From positions 157,232,001 to 157,296,000 of the forward strand of contig OZ024740.1 of NCBI GenBank assembly GCA_964016885.1: a stretch of DNA of 64,000 bases. Reading direction: 5' to 3'. Both the position numbers and the translations under genes were made by a program. The stretch comes from Eledone cirrhosa (Eukaryota). Positions within the stretch are counted from its first letter, which is position 1; each line of letters opens with the position of its first letter. The notes beneath the pieces are model-generated. The model did not search any database. It was not told where the DNA came from and saw nothing but the letters and a program-made list of their open reading frames with translations. Below are positions 13,031 to 26,170 of the stretch, piece by piece.

Positions 13031-14715
13031 GTCGTGAATGGACCTGGACGGGATAGCGCATGTCTGCGCATCTCCCACCAAACCACCCACCACAAGCGCC
13101 AACCTCTTCGCCAACACCTTGGCCAAAATCTGTAACTCTGCATTCAGCAGAGTTATGGGCCTAAAGTTACTTAAGTCGTCCCCCTTGCTCTCGTCCTTCC
13201 TCACTAGCGTGACCACGCCCTTGGTCACAGAACAGGGAATTCTCCCGTTCTGTTGCCAGTTGCAATAGACAGCCTCGAGGAGTTCGGAGAACAAGACCGG
13301 CATAGCTAAATAAAGTTCGTATGGTAGACCATCGAGACCCGGGGATTTGCGTCTGCTGCATTGGCTGAGCGCTTCCCCGATTTCAGTGGCTGTGATTGGC
13401 CTTTCGCAGCACTCCGCTTCGCCGCTCGAAAGACGCGGTAGACCGTCGAGGTATGGACCGAAGTCCACATCCCCGTCCGGCCCCCCGCCACCTCCGAACA
13501 GTCGAGCAAAGTGCCTTTGAAAGGTCTCGCACATTCGCTCAGGTTCAAGGATCACCCGTCCATCCTGGTCTCGCAAAGACCGAATGGTGGATTTAATCCC
13601 ACTCTTGGCTTCTGTCACGCGGGCCCAGCTAACAGCTTTGGTCCCCTCGTTTCCTAAAGCACGTATTTTACTTCGGACAACGCAGCCTTCGTGCTTCGCG
13701 TCAAAGAACTGGCTCAATGCCGTTCTCGTCGCTAACACTCTGGCTACGTCTCCGCTCCTAATCGCCTCTTCTAGTTTATCTGTTAACTCCCTTTCCTTCC
13801 TATTTCTATTCGCCGCTAGTTCCTTACTGTAACCTATCGAACTTACTCTAATTTCTCTCTTTAGAGATACCCACCACCTACTGTTGACGATCGCTCCCGT
13901 CAACCGCATCTTAACTAAGCTACTAATCCGGTTTCTGTAATCTTTCTTTGTCGGTAAGGACAAGTTCATCTTCCAGTAACCGGGACCCTGTCTATGCGTT
14001 CTATCAAGGTTGACCACGCAGGTCACTAATTTGTGATCTGAATAGCCAACCATGATCAGTTCTGGACAACTAAATACGTCCCTATCCTTACTCCTAACCA
14101 AAAACCTATCTAGGTACGATCTAGATTGTCCACTGCGGTTTGCCCAGGTCCAGGTTGGCGCAGTTGGACAATCTAGTCGAAATCTATCGACCAGGTCGAA
14201 TCGATCGAGTAACCCCTTGAGGCTGCTACACCCCCCTCTATCGGGACATGCCCCTGCATAGTCCCAACGCGCATCTAGGATTCCATTCCAGTCCCCCACT
14301 AAAAGCAGGGAACGCGACGTTCCTAGAAAAGTCTCCAGACGCTGGAAGAAGTCGGCTCTTTCCGCCCCGAAGGGAGCATAAAGACCGACCAGTCTGAAAG
14401 CCCCGCCTTCACCGCCTCCGACGTCCAGCACCAGTAATCGACCCCCCGGGTCCGAGTGAACAATCTGTACGTCGAGAATCAGACGTTTATCCAGCAGTAC
14501 GGCAACTCCCCCCCCCCGCCTCCGGGTTGACAGAGAGATGCGTGCATCTCAAAGTCATCGAAGGCGGGCGCCAGCTGTCTCACGCTGCTGATCCGACTCT
14601 CGCAAACAACCATCACATCTATACTTTGTGACCTGAGGTCACTTAGAAGCTTTGCTTGCTTCCAAGCTGAGCCCAGGCCACGCGCGTTCAAACAGCCAAC
14701 TCTCAATTGATCTAT
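13030..14715 (-). pseudogene. Tx1 ORF2 (subfamily B): APE plus N-terminal RT, truncated after AQTCAIPSRSIHD
   Basis: ORFs 14479-14706 and 13019-14431 are paralogous to the intact ORF2. The start codon position reads ATA, and a frameshift falls at the poly-C run near 14507-14517 (possibly a homopolymer sequencing error). Confidence 0.9.
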
Positions 14716-16548
14716 TTTGGTGTTGAAAGTGAAGAAAGAAAAGCACTTACCTCTCCGGGTTGCGTAATTTCCATGGCATCAGGTGTGTTGGGTGGAGGGA
14801 TGTTTTGTGGTGGTGTGGGGGTACACGTGTGTGGTGGGGTTGGGGTATTTGGAGTTGTGTCAGGGAGAGGGGCGGTTATGGGGAAATCTTTCAAGAGGAC
14901 GCGATTCAACGGTTTTAAACAGGGGGGGCTCACGTCCCGTCTAAATTGTTCTTTTAAGGAACGATAAAGGTCCAGAGGGACCTTTATCATTTTTAAATGG
15001 GTGAAGTTCTCTGTTGAGATAAAGTTTGGCCCTTCGGTCTGCACCATAGAGTTATTGTTTATTAATTTAACCAGTTTTTTGTTTTCTTTATTTATATATG
15101 TGTATTGCAACGTCTTTTTTTGTGATGCTGTCAATGTTTCGGAGAGGAGAGGCGCAGATTTATTTTTGTTTGTTGAGGGTGGGGTGTTTTTGATTGGAGT
15201 TGGTGTTTGTGTGTGGGTTATTTGTGGTGTGCTGGGTGTGTGTTTTCTTTTTTTTCTTTTAACTTGTCTGAAGGCTTCTCCTCCTTCTTCTTCAGAAGTT
15301 GGGGGAAACTCTTCAGCGCTAGGTGGGAGGGACGTGTTGTGTGGTTGTTTTTTTTTGCGGGGGGGGGGGGTAGATTTGTTACTGTTTTTTTTATTATTTG
15401 TTTGGAATGGGTTTTGTGGTGGTGGTGGTAATGTTTGTGTCGTGCTTGTGGTTGGTGATGGTGGTGGTGATGTTTGTGTTGTGGTTGGTGGTGGTGATTT
15501 TTGTGTCGTGCTTGTGTTTGGTGCTGGTGGTGGTGATGTTTGTGTTGTGTTTGTGGTTGGTGGTGTCTGTATTTTGTTTGCTGTGTGTGGTATTAGTGTA
15601 TTTTTGGAGGTGGGTGGTGTTGGTGTACTGTTTGTGGTGGGTGTGGGCAATAGTCCTTTTTGGGGGATACGTTTCGGGCAGTTAGCCTTAACGTGTCCCC
15701 TTTCCATGCATAAATAGCATGCTGGTCTTCTCCCCTCTACAATTATGTCTATTGGGGTAAGGTCATCCAGCCAGATGCGATCCGGGATTTGTGCTATTCT
15801 TTCGGGCCTCATTTGGACTAGTATGTCGAGGCCCATTCCCAGGAACGCATCTCCAGTTGCCTTCCCCATTGACAGCATTGTGTCTTCGCCCATATCAATG
15901 AAGCCAGCAATAGCCCACCAGAAGTCCATTGTGGGCAGCATTGTTTTTACTTTTACTCTCTGTGTTCTTCTACCCATGTAGGAGGGATAGAAGCTATATG
16001 TTGTCGATGAGAGTGGGCTTAGGGAAAGCTTCTCCGCCGTTTCTTTGTCTCTTGTTAGGACCGAAATGCTGCCATAGAGTCGGTCCTTTCGTATGAAGAG
16101 AATATTCTTCATATAGTCTTTTAGGACTAACTCTATTTCCATTTGGCTGGGCTGTGCTGGCTTTCTTGTCTGGTTGAGTATAGTTCTGTAGAGAACTGTG
16201 TTTTCTGCTCTGGCTTTCTTGAATTCTGGGGGGGGAGTTAATGGAAAACATTCCGTTCTCCCCCAAAACAATGTGTTTCTTTGCTTCGGCCAGTTTTTCT
16301 CTGGCGGCAGTTAGGTCAATTGGTGTGTATGTAATGGATTGTTTTGTTTTCTGGGCGAAAGTTGCCCTGTCGTTATTTGTATTATTTTCTGTTTGTTTGT
16401 TTTCTGTTTGCTCATTTTCCTTAACATTTGTTTTATCATTTTCTTTGTTTGTTTCAATGTCTAATTTTGTTGTAATTATTTTTTGTTCTTCAGACTTGGG
16501 GGGCGTGGCAGAGCTAATGGCAGACATGTCTGCCATCTTTTCCGCCAT
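14712..16548 (-). CDS. Tx1 ORF1 (subfamily B), gag-like protein with CCHC knuckle, one frameshift
   Basis: MAEKMADMSAISS... (15994-16548) joins 14712-16271 near the poly-G at ~16228-16236; CYLCMERGHVKANC knuckle and Pro/Thr-rich linker. Confidence 0.85.
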
Positions 16549-16749
16549 GCTGCCAAGAAAGAAATTTTTCGGCGAAAATAGATATTTATTTTACCCCCTA
16601 AAAAGGGGGTAAATGCAAAAATGTTTCCCTAAATAACAGGGGTTAGTGTTCCAAATGTGTTGCACTAAAAAATTTATCCGGTACTTACAATAGTAAGGGT
16701 AAATCCCGATGGAATAGCGGAGCCGATGCGAAGCGTGTCTTACTCTATC

Positions 16750-16824
<75 letters not shown>

Positions 16825-19218
16825 GGCGGGAAAAATTCCCGAGATCCATGGACGAGTGCTCTCCAGCAGTCTCTGTCCCTCATTATCGCTGCCATGTCCT
16901 GCATCTCCAACAGACCAGTGTCTGTCCTTAGGGCATCAACATACGTTAACCTTGGTCTTCCACTTCCAGTGTATCCATGCAGGGGCTCTCACAGGAGCAC
17001 TGAGTGCAGTGTCAACTCTGGATGTCGGTGAGCATGTCCACCTAACCTCAGTCTCCTCTGTGTCACTTTTGAGCTGACTTTTGGGAGGCTCCCATACAGC
17101 TCTGAGTTCTTCATCCTCAGTGTATACTGATTAATGTTCAGAGCCATCCTCAGCATTCTCGTGTAGCACCCATCCACCATCTGAGTGAGTTTCTTGGTCA
17201 GTGTCCAAGTCTCAGACCCGTACAGCAGCACAGACTCCACTACAGCAATGAAGAAGCGGATCTTCAGGTCTTCACGAAGGTCCGACTTCCACACCGATCT
17301 CAAACTGAGGCACACCGCCCAGGCTTTATTCTTCCTCTCAACTACATCATCTTCCGTATTCCCAATCTTTGCTCCCAAATACAAGAAGTCCTCAACTAAT
17401 TCCAGCGGCTTCCCGCCTACATTAGTAATCCCCTCTGGCTTCTCAACATTCTCTACCAGACATTTTGTCTTAGTCTCATTCATTCTCAGCCCCACACTCA
17501 TCGACACAATCTCAACTTCCTGCATCAAATCCTCTGCCTCCTTCTCTGTATCTGTCACCAAAACTATGTCACCAAAACTGTTCTGGGTTGTAGAGGGCGG
17601 CTCTCCTAGTAGGGTCCTAAAATGGTCTAGCCATTTCCCCTTCCTATCTTCGGGCCCTGTTACCTGGATCTGACTCGAACACCTTCTCTTCCTCCCTGTG
17701 ATCTCGTTGATGATCATCCAGCTCTCCTTAAATCCAGACCTACCAACCGCTCTCTCCACACTTCTGATCTCCTCCTCTCTGGCCTCAGTGTAAGCAGTAC
17801 AGAGTTCTTCCCTCATCACCTCCACATTCTCCTTCCTCTCCTCCGTAGGATCAACATAGAATTGGTCCTTGGCACCTTTCAGGTGTTCTCTGGCTGCACA
17901 CACTTTTGGGTCTGCAGAGCTGACGTGCTTCCTTTTGTTCCTTCTCCTCGGCACCAGGGTCTCACTTGCTTCCGCCACTGCATTGGTGAAGTGCCCGTAC
18001 CTCCTCATCACACTCTCCTCAGTCCCTCCAATCTCTCGCTCTCCTCTGTCTCTCCACACAGAGCACTGAACCTGTTCCTCACTTCCACTGTGAACCTCTC
18101 TTGTAGCTTATCATCTTCCTTGAAAGCTCCCCAGTCATAGATTGCTCTCCGGGGCCGAGCATTGCTCTTTCTTAAGCTCACCCGGACTTCACTCATAACA
18201 AGCCGGTGGTCACTGTCCAGTGTACTGAAATAGTTGTATGGTTCTGTGTTCAGAACACTATTCCGCCACCTTTTCCTCACCAGAATGAAATCAATCTGGG
18301 ACTTGGACAGGTGCATATCTGAGATGTAGGTCCGCATCTTCCCCGGATTCTTCCTAAACCTATCAAGTTTGCCTCCAGCAGGGTGTCTCTCAATAGTCTT
18401 CCATTTCGGTTGGTGTTGTTATGGAAGTACCAGCAAGGATCTTCACTGCCCTCCTTACTCAGATGCGCATTGAAGACCCCCAGAACAAGCAGGATGTTGT
18501 GTGCTTGTGTGGTGTTGACACACCTCCTCATGGAACTCTTCCGCACTCACATCACTGTCTCTCTCGGTTGGACTATAGGCTGAGATGACTGCCAGTCTTG
18601 GGTTTCCATTGAAGGTCACCCTCAACACTCGCGGGGAGACAAGCATTATTTCCCTCACCAATAGACTGGTTTTTGTGCTGAAAACAAAACCCACTCCTCC
18701 TACTGCAGCATTTGTCATGTTCCTCACTGCTGATGTGGTGATGAGCTGGCTCCTCTTCCCAATCATCACACTCCTCACTGGCTCATCGTGTAGGATCCTG
18801 TGTTCTTGGATGGACTGCAAGTATCTGTATACCACTCTCCTCGAACAGATGACACAACTCCTCTCTCTTCTCCAGCGTCCGAATAGTCCTCACATTCAAA
18901 GTGCCCACTTTGATGGCTCTTCTGCAGGACAAAACTGCATTCTTTATATTTGTCTCAGAGACAGCTGATCCATCATCCACTGGCCCTCCCTGTGGCTCTA
19001 AGCCAGCAGAGTCATAACGACTAGACTGCTTCTTGACAGTGTAGTTAGGGGCTCTAACCCTAGTGTTGTTAGATAGATTCTCCATATTTCTGTTCAATGG
19101 CTGACAATACATGGCGCCACTCGAATAAGGTAGTTATGACAACTAAGGGGAAAGTCCACATTCCCCACAGCTCCTGCTCCTGAACTCCCGAACTGGATGT
19201 CGTTTAATGTCATACCCT

Positions 19219-19219
<1 letters not shown>
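16825..19219 (-). mobile_element. Decayed RTE-clade LINE with internal deletion of the RT core
   Basis: APE remnants IKVGTLNVRT, QEHR, LGVFNAH, SQIDFILV, DSDHRLV. RT C-terminus EDFLYLG, ESVLLYGSETWTL. The jump STTQN|SFGDIVLV near 17575 skips most RT motifs. 3' end abuts (TATC)n. Confidence 0.88.
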
Positions 19220-19253
<34 letters not shown>

Positions 19254-19270
19254 ATATATATATATGTATA

Positions 19271-19306
<36 letters not shown>

Positions 19307-19307
19307 C

Positions 19308-19349
<42 letters not shown>

Positions 19350-19364
19350 ATATATATATATATG

Positions 19365-19468
<104 letters not shown>

Positions 19469-19679
19469 AGATCTATACAAAAATATATGCGTTAGATGAT
19501 TCCGAAGAGAAAGCAAAGGAAAAAAACGAGTGCTCTATGTATAGAACAGAGCATTATAAATATATAAATATATATAAATATATTTTATTTATAATGCTCT
19601 GTTCTATACATAGAGCACTCGTTTTTTTCCTTTGCTTTCCCTTCGGAATCATCTAACGCATATATTTTTATATCTATTT

Positions 19680-19734
<55 letters not shown>

Positions 19735-19858
19735 AAATAAGATTTCGCTTCAAGCATGGCTTTATACAATATGTATAAATATTTCGTATCTCCAAAGAAA
19801 TACAGTTTTAGGAAGCCGTAGCTACGCAGACACCGGGGGGCTAACGCCCTCTGGTGAT

Positions 19859-19951
19859 GTCCAGCAGAAGCAAGGGGACAACCGTCTATGCATTTCACGC
19901 TTAACTGGCCATCGTCAGGACGGTCCCTCCCACCGCTTGCGACTGCTGGAC
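19859..19951 (-). ncRNA. Type I hammerhead ribozyme with extended stem I
   Basis: Reverse strand: accgtc-CTGACGA-tggccagttaagcgt-GAAA-TGCA-TA-gacggt; outer helices gcaag/cttgc and gtccagcag/ctgctggac. Confidence 0.85.
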
Positions 19952-20001
19952 TAGAAGACAGCTGAGAATATATACTTTTCTCGTCTGTGTAATATATATA
20001 T

Positions 20002-20107
<106 letters not shown>

Positions 20108-20566
20108 ATATATATATTAAAATAACAGATTAAAGTTTAAGCAAAGGATCGCTGCTTTCACCCTTAACGGGATCTTCTGGAACATGTTTCAGAAGATCGC
20201 TGGTTGTCTACGTCATCATAAATTCTGACCACAGGGACAGCGGAGTGATACCTGTGGTCAGAATTTATGATGACGTAGATAACCAGCGGCCAATCACTGG
20301 ACACGCGAAGAGGGTCAGATACTCCAGTGAGAGAATATGCTCCGAAATCATTAGACGTGTCCGTCGAACCTGCGGGTCCAGAATCAGACAGATCCACACA
20401 ATGATCGTGTCTCGAGTTGTCCGCCGGCGAAACAATTGTAACACAATAAATTGAGTTCAGATACATCAATGATTTTTTCGATTTATATTATATCATACTG
20501 TGCTCTGTAAGAGCATAGAGCGCTCAACCGGCATACCGCCTATGGAAGCATCTTAGCTACCATCCG

Positions 20567-20659
<93 letters not shown>

Positions 20660-20667
20660 TACATATA

Positions 20668-20761
20668 CAGGGTATCCCCAAAAAATGTATACACAATTCA
20701 ACACCTCTAATAAATATTGCCTGTACAAGTAATCAAAGTATGTATACATTTTTGGGAGACC

Positions 20762-20764
<3 letters not shown>
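20668..20764. mobile_element. Tc1/mariner-type MITE (~97 bp)
   Basis: TIRs cagggtatccccaaaaaatgtatac / gtatacatttttgggagaccctg; TA on the left, TG on the right. Confidence 0.7.
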
Positions 20765-20792
<28 letters not shown>

Positions 20793-20806
20793 GTAATAAT
20801 AATAAA

Positions 20807-20854
20807 TTTCAGAAGATCCCGTTAAGAGTGAAAGCAGCGATTCTTTGCTTAAAC
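20807..20854 (+). ncRNA. Hammerhead-like motif with CAGAAGA core (5 copies: ~20137-, 20807+, ~21989-, 22039+, ~22729+)
   Basis: ttt-CAGAAGA-tcccgttaag(a/g)gt-GAAAGCA-gcgattctt-TGCTT-aaac. Confidence 0.6.
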
Positions 20855-20871
20855 TTTAATCTGTTATTTTA

Positions 20872-20928
<57 letters not shown>

Positions 20929-21448
20929 TTATTTAACTGATTCATTTCAGGGTAACATCTATACTCAGCTATTGGCAACTTCACATGGATATCGTGATTG
21001 CTAAATGTTCATACATGACTGAGTTTCACGATCATTTATATATGAATAAATGTATGTGTGTGTATGTATGTGTGTGTGTGTTTGTAAGTGCCTGTGTGTC
21101 TGTGTGTGCATGTGTAGACACATGGTTCTAATGTAACTTTTATCTCTTTTTCAATTTCCATTAAATGCAATGGTTGTAAAAATCGGTCTTTTACACATTG
21201 CATAATCTTAAATTTGCAATCAGTTACATAAATCTAATAAGTTTTATCCACGTAAGAAATCAATATATTACTATGACTTAGTACTTAAACTATTTCAATG
21301 GTATCTAGTCAGCCAATGATTTTTATCTGTATGTTTCCCGGAAACAGTGACAAACACACATATCTGTCTAGATCTAGATAGTATGTTGAATGTGTTTAGC
21401 TCCAGGTCAACGAGATTGGTGATAAAAAGGCATTCTCTGTCTTTCTCT

Positions 21449-21495
<47 letters not shown>

Positions 21496-21673
21496 CTAAA
21501 ATATAGTGAGCGTTTTATGTCTTATACTATATAAGCAACAAACCAACCCGACCAGCCAACTAGCCAGCCATAACTTGAAGAATTTATGGAAATATATATT
21601 TATGTGAAATGTTTTCAATTTTGTAAAACGGTTTTCTGATATATGACATTCAATACACATTGTGACAAATATA

Positions 21674-21734
<61 letters not shown>

Positions 21735-21790
21735 ACGGGATAACAAATTATCGTTATAGGTAGTCCACTTAGATGTAGTCCATTCTCGCA

Positions 21791-21898
21791 TGCTCTGATG
21801 AATAGACTGGTTGTAACAAAGTATTGGTGATCGATTGACGCAAAATCAGGCGGGTAGTGATCTCTAGACCTACCAGTTCAGAGAAACAATTGTCAGCA
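21791..21898 (+). ncRNA. Type I hammerhead ribozyme with long stem II
   Basis: tgct-CTGATGA-...actggt...accagt...-GAAAC-AATT-GTC-agca. Confidence 0.85.
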
Positions 21899-22190
21899 AT
21901 GTGAATAAAGCCCTTATTGTATAGCAAACCATGTCACTCTTCTTTCTTGATTTATATATATATATATATATTAAAAGAACAGATTAAAGTTTAAGCAAAG
22001 AATCTCTGGTTTCACCTTTAACGGGATCTTCTGAAACTCAGAAGATCCCGTTAAGAGTTAAAGCAGCGATTCTTTGCTTAAACTTTAATCTGTTCTTATA
22101 ATAAATATTTTCTCTACGGGTTTATATATATTTTATATATATATAATCCTTATCGAGCCCACTTCGGATTATAGTCTTCACATTTATTAT

Positions 22191-22230
<40 letters not shown>

Positions 22231-22891
22231 GTCCCGTAACTCCTAAGGGAGACATAGTGGCGCCGTCTGGACATACGGCGTTTCTTGAGCATTTTTAAAA
22301 CTTGGCGGACCCCAATTCGCTCCAGGTCTAAATACAGCAGATTTCTCCCCTCCCTGAGAAGAGTAGAGAGTGAGAGAATGGAAACGAGAAACTGATATAG
22401 TGGAAGAATCGATCCCAGTACTTGACTGGTATTGTTTTATCAAACTAGCATGGATGAAAGGCAAAGTTGATCTCAGCGAAATTTGAACTCAGAGACCCGA
22501 AACGAATGCCGCAGAGCTTTCAAATCCGATGTCCTAATGACTCTGCCAATTCGCCGCCTATGTATATAGGAATGATTTAAAAACTGAACAATTCGAATGA
22601 TTTAAAAACTGAACAATTCGTGTATAGGAACATTGTATGTCTTTTATTTCATACTTATATTAAACGTTTCGCAAATACACTCCACACATTTCAAATATAT
22701 ACATATATATATATTATATTATATATATTCAGAAGATTCCGTTAAGGGTGAAAGCAGCGATTCTTCGCTTAAACTTTAATCTGTTATTTTAATAAATATT
22801 TGCTCTAGGGTTCTTATATATTTGATATATATTTATCCTTATCGGGCTCTCTTTGGATTTTAGTCTTCAGATTTATTATTATTACTATTAT

Positions 22892-22928
<37 letters not shown>

Positions 22929-22939
22929 TAGATAGATAA

Positions 22940-23002
<63 letters not shown>

Positions 23003-24377
23003 TTGTATGTGTATATGTGTATGTTTATACGTTTTCAAAAACGTATATTTGTAACAATATCACTTTTTAAAATATGTTTGGCTTTAATTCAACGCTAGAA
23101 ACAACAAGAAAATCATCCTCGAAATATGTATCTTAAATAACGGTAGGACACTGAATCATATAATTCAAGATATTCCAAAAATAGACAGAGATTAACGGCT
23201 GGAATGTTTTTAGTAATAGGTTTGCTCATTCAGGCCTGATCTTATACTGAAGAACACCAACAATAAACTATGATCAACAAGCGATCTTCTTCATAGTTGC
23301 ACGATCTACTGGAAATAGTAACCAAATTTCACTCAAATCCAGCTTCGTTGGATAATATAAGCTTAGATATCCTACGCCAAATAAATTCATGTCTGTTCGA
23401 TCAGATTGCAGGTGTGGGCCAGCCAAGTGAAACGTAACTAGTGTCAATTCAATTGCCTACAGCTTTCTCCCTCAAATTAAGTAGCGTACCTAAGCGCCAT
23501 AGTATTGACCGGAAATGGATTATGGAATTTATTCCAACTCATTGCATTCTAAATTCAAGTGTGCCTTCCATCCATTTAGGGTCGACAAAGGAAGTATCCG
23601 TCAAGGCGATGAGCTGGGCGAGTCATTATAGCATCGGACCGGATACTTTGCAATATTTGTTTCGATTAATTGTGTTCAAATTCCTCCACGACGTATTGAT
23701 AGTCGCACAGTTTAACATAACCATCTGGCCCTTGGGCAATTTTACACTGCTGCAAGAATCCGAACTAGGTTTTGCCCCGATTATTCTCATAAGCCGTCGA
23801 AATGGTCATTAATGGCTTATGAGAATAATTTGTTAGATATATGAAGCTCTTTAAAACACCACAAATAGCTGACAAATATTTTCGTAAATCGCACACTTGT
23901 ATCTTGAATAAAAGAGAGAGTAGACAATCTAGTCATAGATGTAAAAAGGACAGGGTGGTCATGACTGGAACGCATTTGATCATAGATCAGCTTGATGGGA
24001 CGTAACATCAAATAAATAGTCATGAAATTGCGTTATTTCCTACTAATATATTAAAAAACTGTATCAGATAGAAACTACCCCATACATGTTATATGTCTTT
24101 CTTGCTCTATATCCTATCATATCATCAGTTTCTTACCAACATATGATACCATGAATGTATGATAGTTCCCCTACTAACTATACATGTTTTATTTGTTTTT
24201 GATCCGAAGAATTGTGAAATTGTTTGAAGAAAAATCGAATCATAGGTCAGATTTCGCTCAAATGTTTTTATTTTTCCTCTCCATGTTGCCAAGTGGTGAA
24301 AAAATATTCATAAATGACTTTATTCTTAGCTCTAAAATGTTTGTCTTTCACAGGATCGTAGAAAAATTCTATTCTAA

Positions 24378-24457
<80 letters not shown>

Positions 24458-25133
24458 TAGTGATTTAAAGTTATATTTCGAGTAGTTTTATTTCGTTTTA
24501 TAATTTACTAATTGAATGATATTTATTGTTTCTCTTTTTGCAGGACTTTTTTCTCATTTTATTTAATTCTAGATTATTCCAATAAAGACAGAAACATTCG
24601 GTAAAGATCAATTCAGACGAAAATGGTCGATAACTGGTATTGTCACATCTTCCAGTGTCCTTGTCGCTTTGCTATGGTTTTTAACATTGGTACTCTGGTG
24701 GCTGTTAGTAGATTTTCCTCTTTCTGCAAGACGTTATATGAATAATTTGATGCAGTTTAGCCTTTGTAAGAAAGCTGCTACAAAGTTTTCATCTAACTAG
24801 TGACACAAAAAGTGGATAAACCCGCTTAAGGTAAGACTGAGGCGAAAGCACTTTCTATCAAGATTTCAAAATGTTAGAGTGAATCAATTAAAATGGTACA
24901 TCGAACAACCAAGTATCTCGAAGCCCAACATTTCAATAACTCGTCTCATCCATGAGTTCAGAGAGGAAACGGTACCAATCTAAAGAAGATTTAGATATTA
25001 TATCTATGTACACTAAACGTAAATCTATGAAATATCTATGTAAGTACATATACGTATATGTGTGTGTAGGTACACATTTTTGTACGCATATTTATATATA
25101 TGTTCTTATAGTGCTAGCCAAATTTCATGAAAA

Positions 25134-26170
25134 ATGGAGAAACACGAGTATCGAGCAGGGATCAAATATCTGCAGTTAAAAGGTATGACCCCAGCTGAGA
25201 TCAATAAAGACATGCAAGACAAATTAGGAGAAGATGCCCCGTCATATTCCACGGTCAAACGCTGGGTGAATGAATTCAAGTGTGACAGGAAGATGTGGAA
25301 AATGACCCAGGGTCTGGGATGCCATCAACAGTGACCACACCAGAGAACATTGGCCTTATTTTGGGGATGGTAATGGCGGATCGACGATTATCATCTTGTC
25401 AGATAACAAATATGTTAGACATCTCTCAGGAGTGAGCCAATAATATTCTGATGAACAAGCTTCGTTTGAGAAAGGTGTCTGCATGCTGGGTCCATGTCTT
25501 TTGAGTAAGGAACAGAAACACGTTTGTCACTCCATGCTCTCCAATAATTTGGAACTTTCAGAAGTTGATTTGGAAGATTTCCTGGTACGATTTAAACCAT
25601 AGATAAGACTTGGCTCCATCTCTACCAATCTGAAACAAAATAGCAGTCTAAATAGTGGAAGTGTCCATCCTCACCAACCCTGAAGAAGGCGAAGGTCACA
25701 TCAGCAGAAAAGGTCATGGCTACTATTTTCTGGAATGCACAAGGAGTGATGATGGTGGGTTATCTCCAAAAGTGACACCCCCTCACTGGACAATACTACG
25801 CCAACCTGCTTGAACGTCTGCGTGATAACATCAAGTAGAAGAGGTCAGGATTATTGACGAAAGGGGTCTTGTTCCCTCACGACAGTGATCCTGCCCACAC
25901 CTCGGTGTTTTCATGGCAACAATCCGTAACTGTAAGTTCCAACTCGTCTCTCAGTTACCAGACTCACCAGACCTCATGCCCTCCGACTTCCACCTGTTCC
26001 CGAACATCAAAAAAGATATGACCGGACAACTCTACGCCACAGATATCATAAATGCTGTGGACACCTGCCTGGAGGACCAAACTAAGGAGTTCTACTTCAG
26101 TGGGATCCAATCACTTCCGCATCGGTAGAAGAAGTGTATGGACACAAAGGGAGACTATGTTAAGAAGTGT
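25134..26170 (+). pseudogene. Decayed mariner (DD34D-type) transposase
   Basis: N-terminal HTH ...GEDAPSYSTVKRWVNEFK, WVP-like, KVMATIFW, HDSDPAH, PDSPDLMPSDFHLF (YSPDLAPSD motif), GDYVKK end; multiple stops and frameshifts; no TIRs recognised. Confidence 0.9.

Larger units (their letters stand above)
8471..16750 (-). mobile_element. Composite Tx1-clade (L1 group) non-LTR retrotransposon, two subfamilies fused
   Basis: ORF1 (CCHC knuckle) and ORF2 (APE+RT) architecture occurs twice; 3' UTR with AATAAA near 8477-8482; (GATA)n on both sides. Confidence 0.92.

Noticed and set aside
8774-16612. Overlapping and antisense ORFs within the Tx1 element
   Set aside because: Shadows of GC-rich or low-complexity coding sequence, with no recognisable motifs.
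24573-24800. Possible exon with a hydrophobic stretch (VLVALLWFLTLVLWWLLV) after ttctag
   Set aside because: In-frame stop before the nearby gtaaga donor, no class B motif, and no place for it between TM5 and TM6. Cannot exclude a minor terminal exon.
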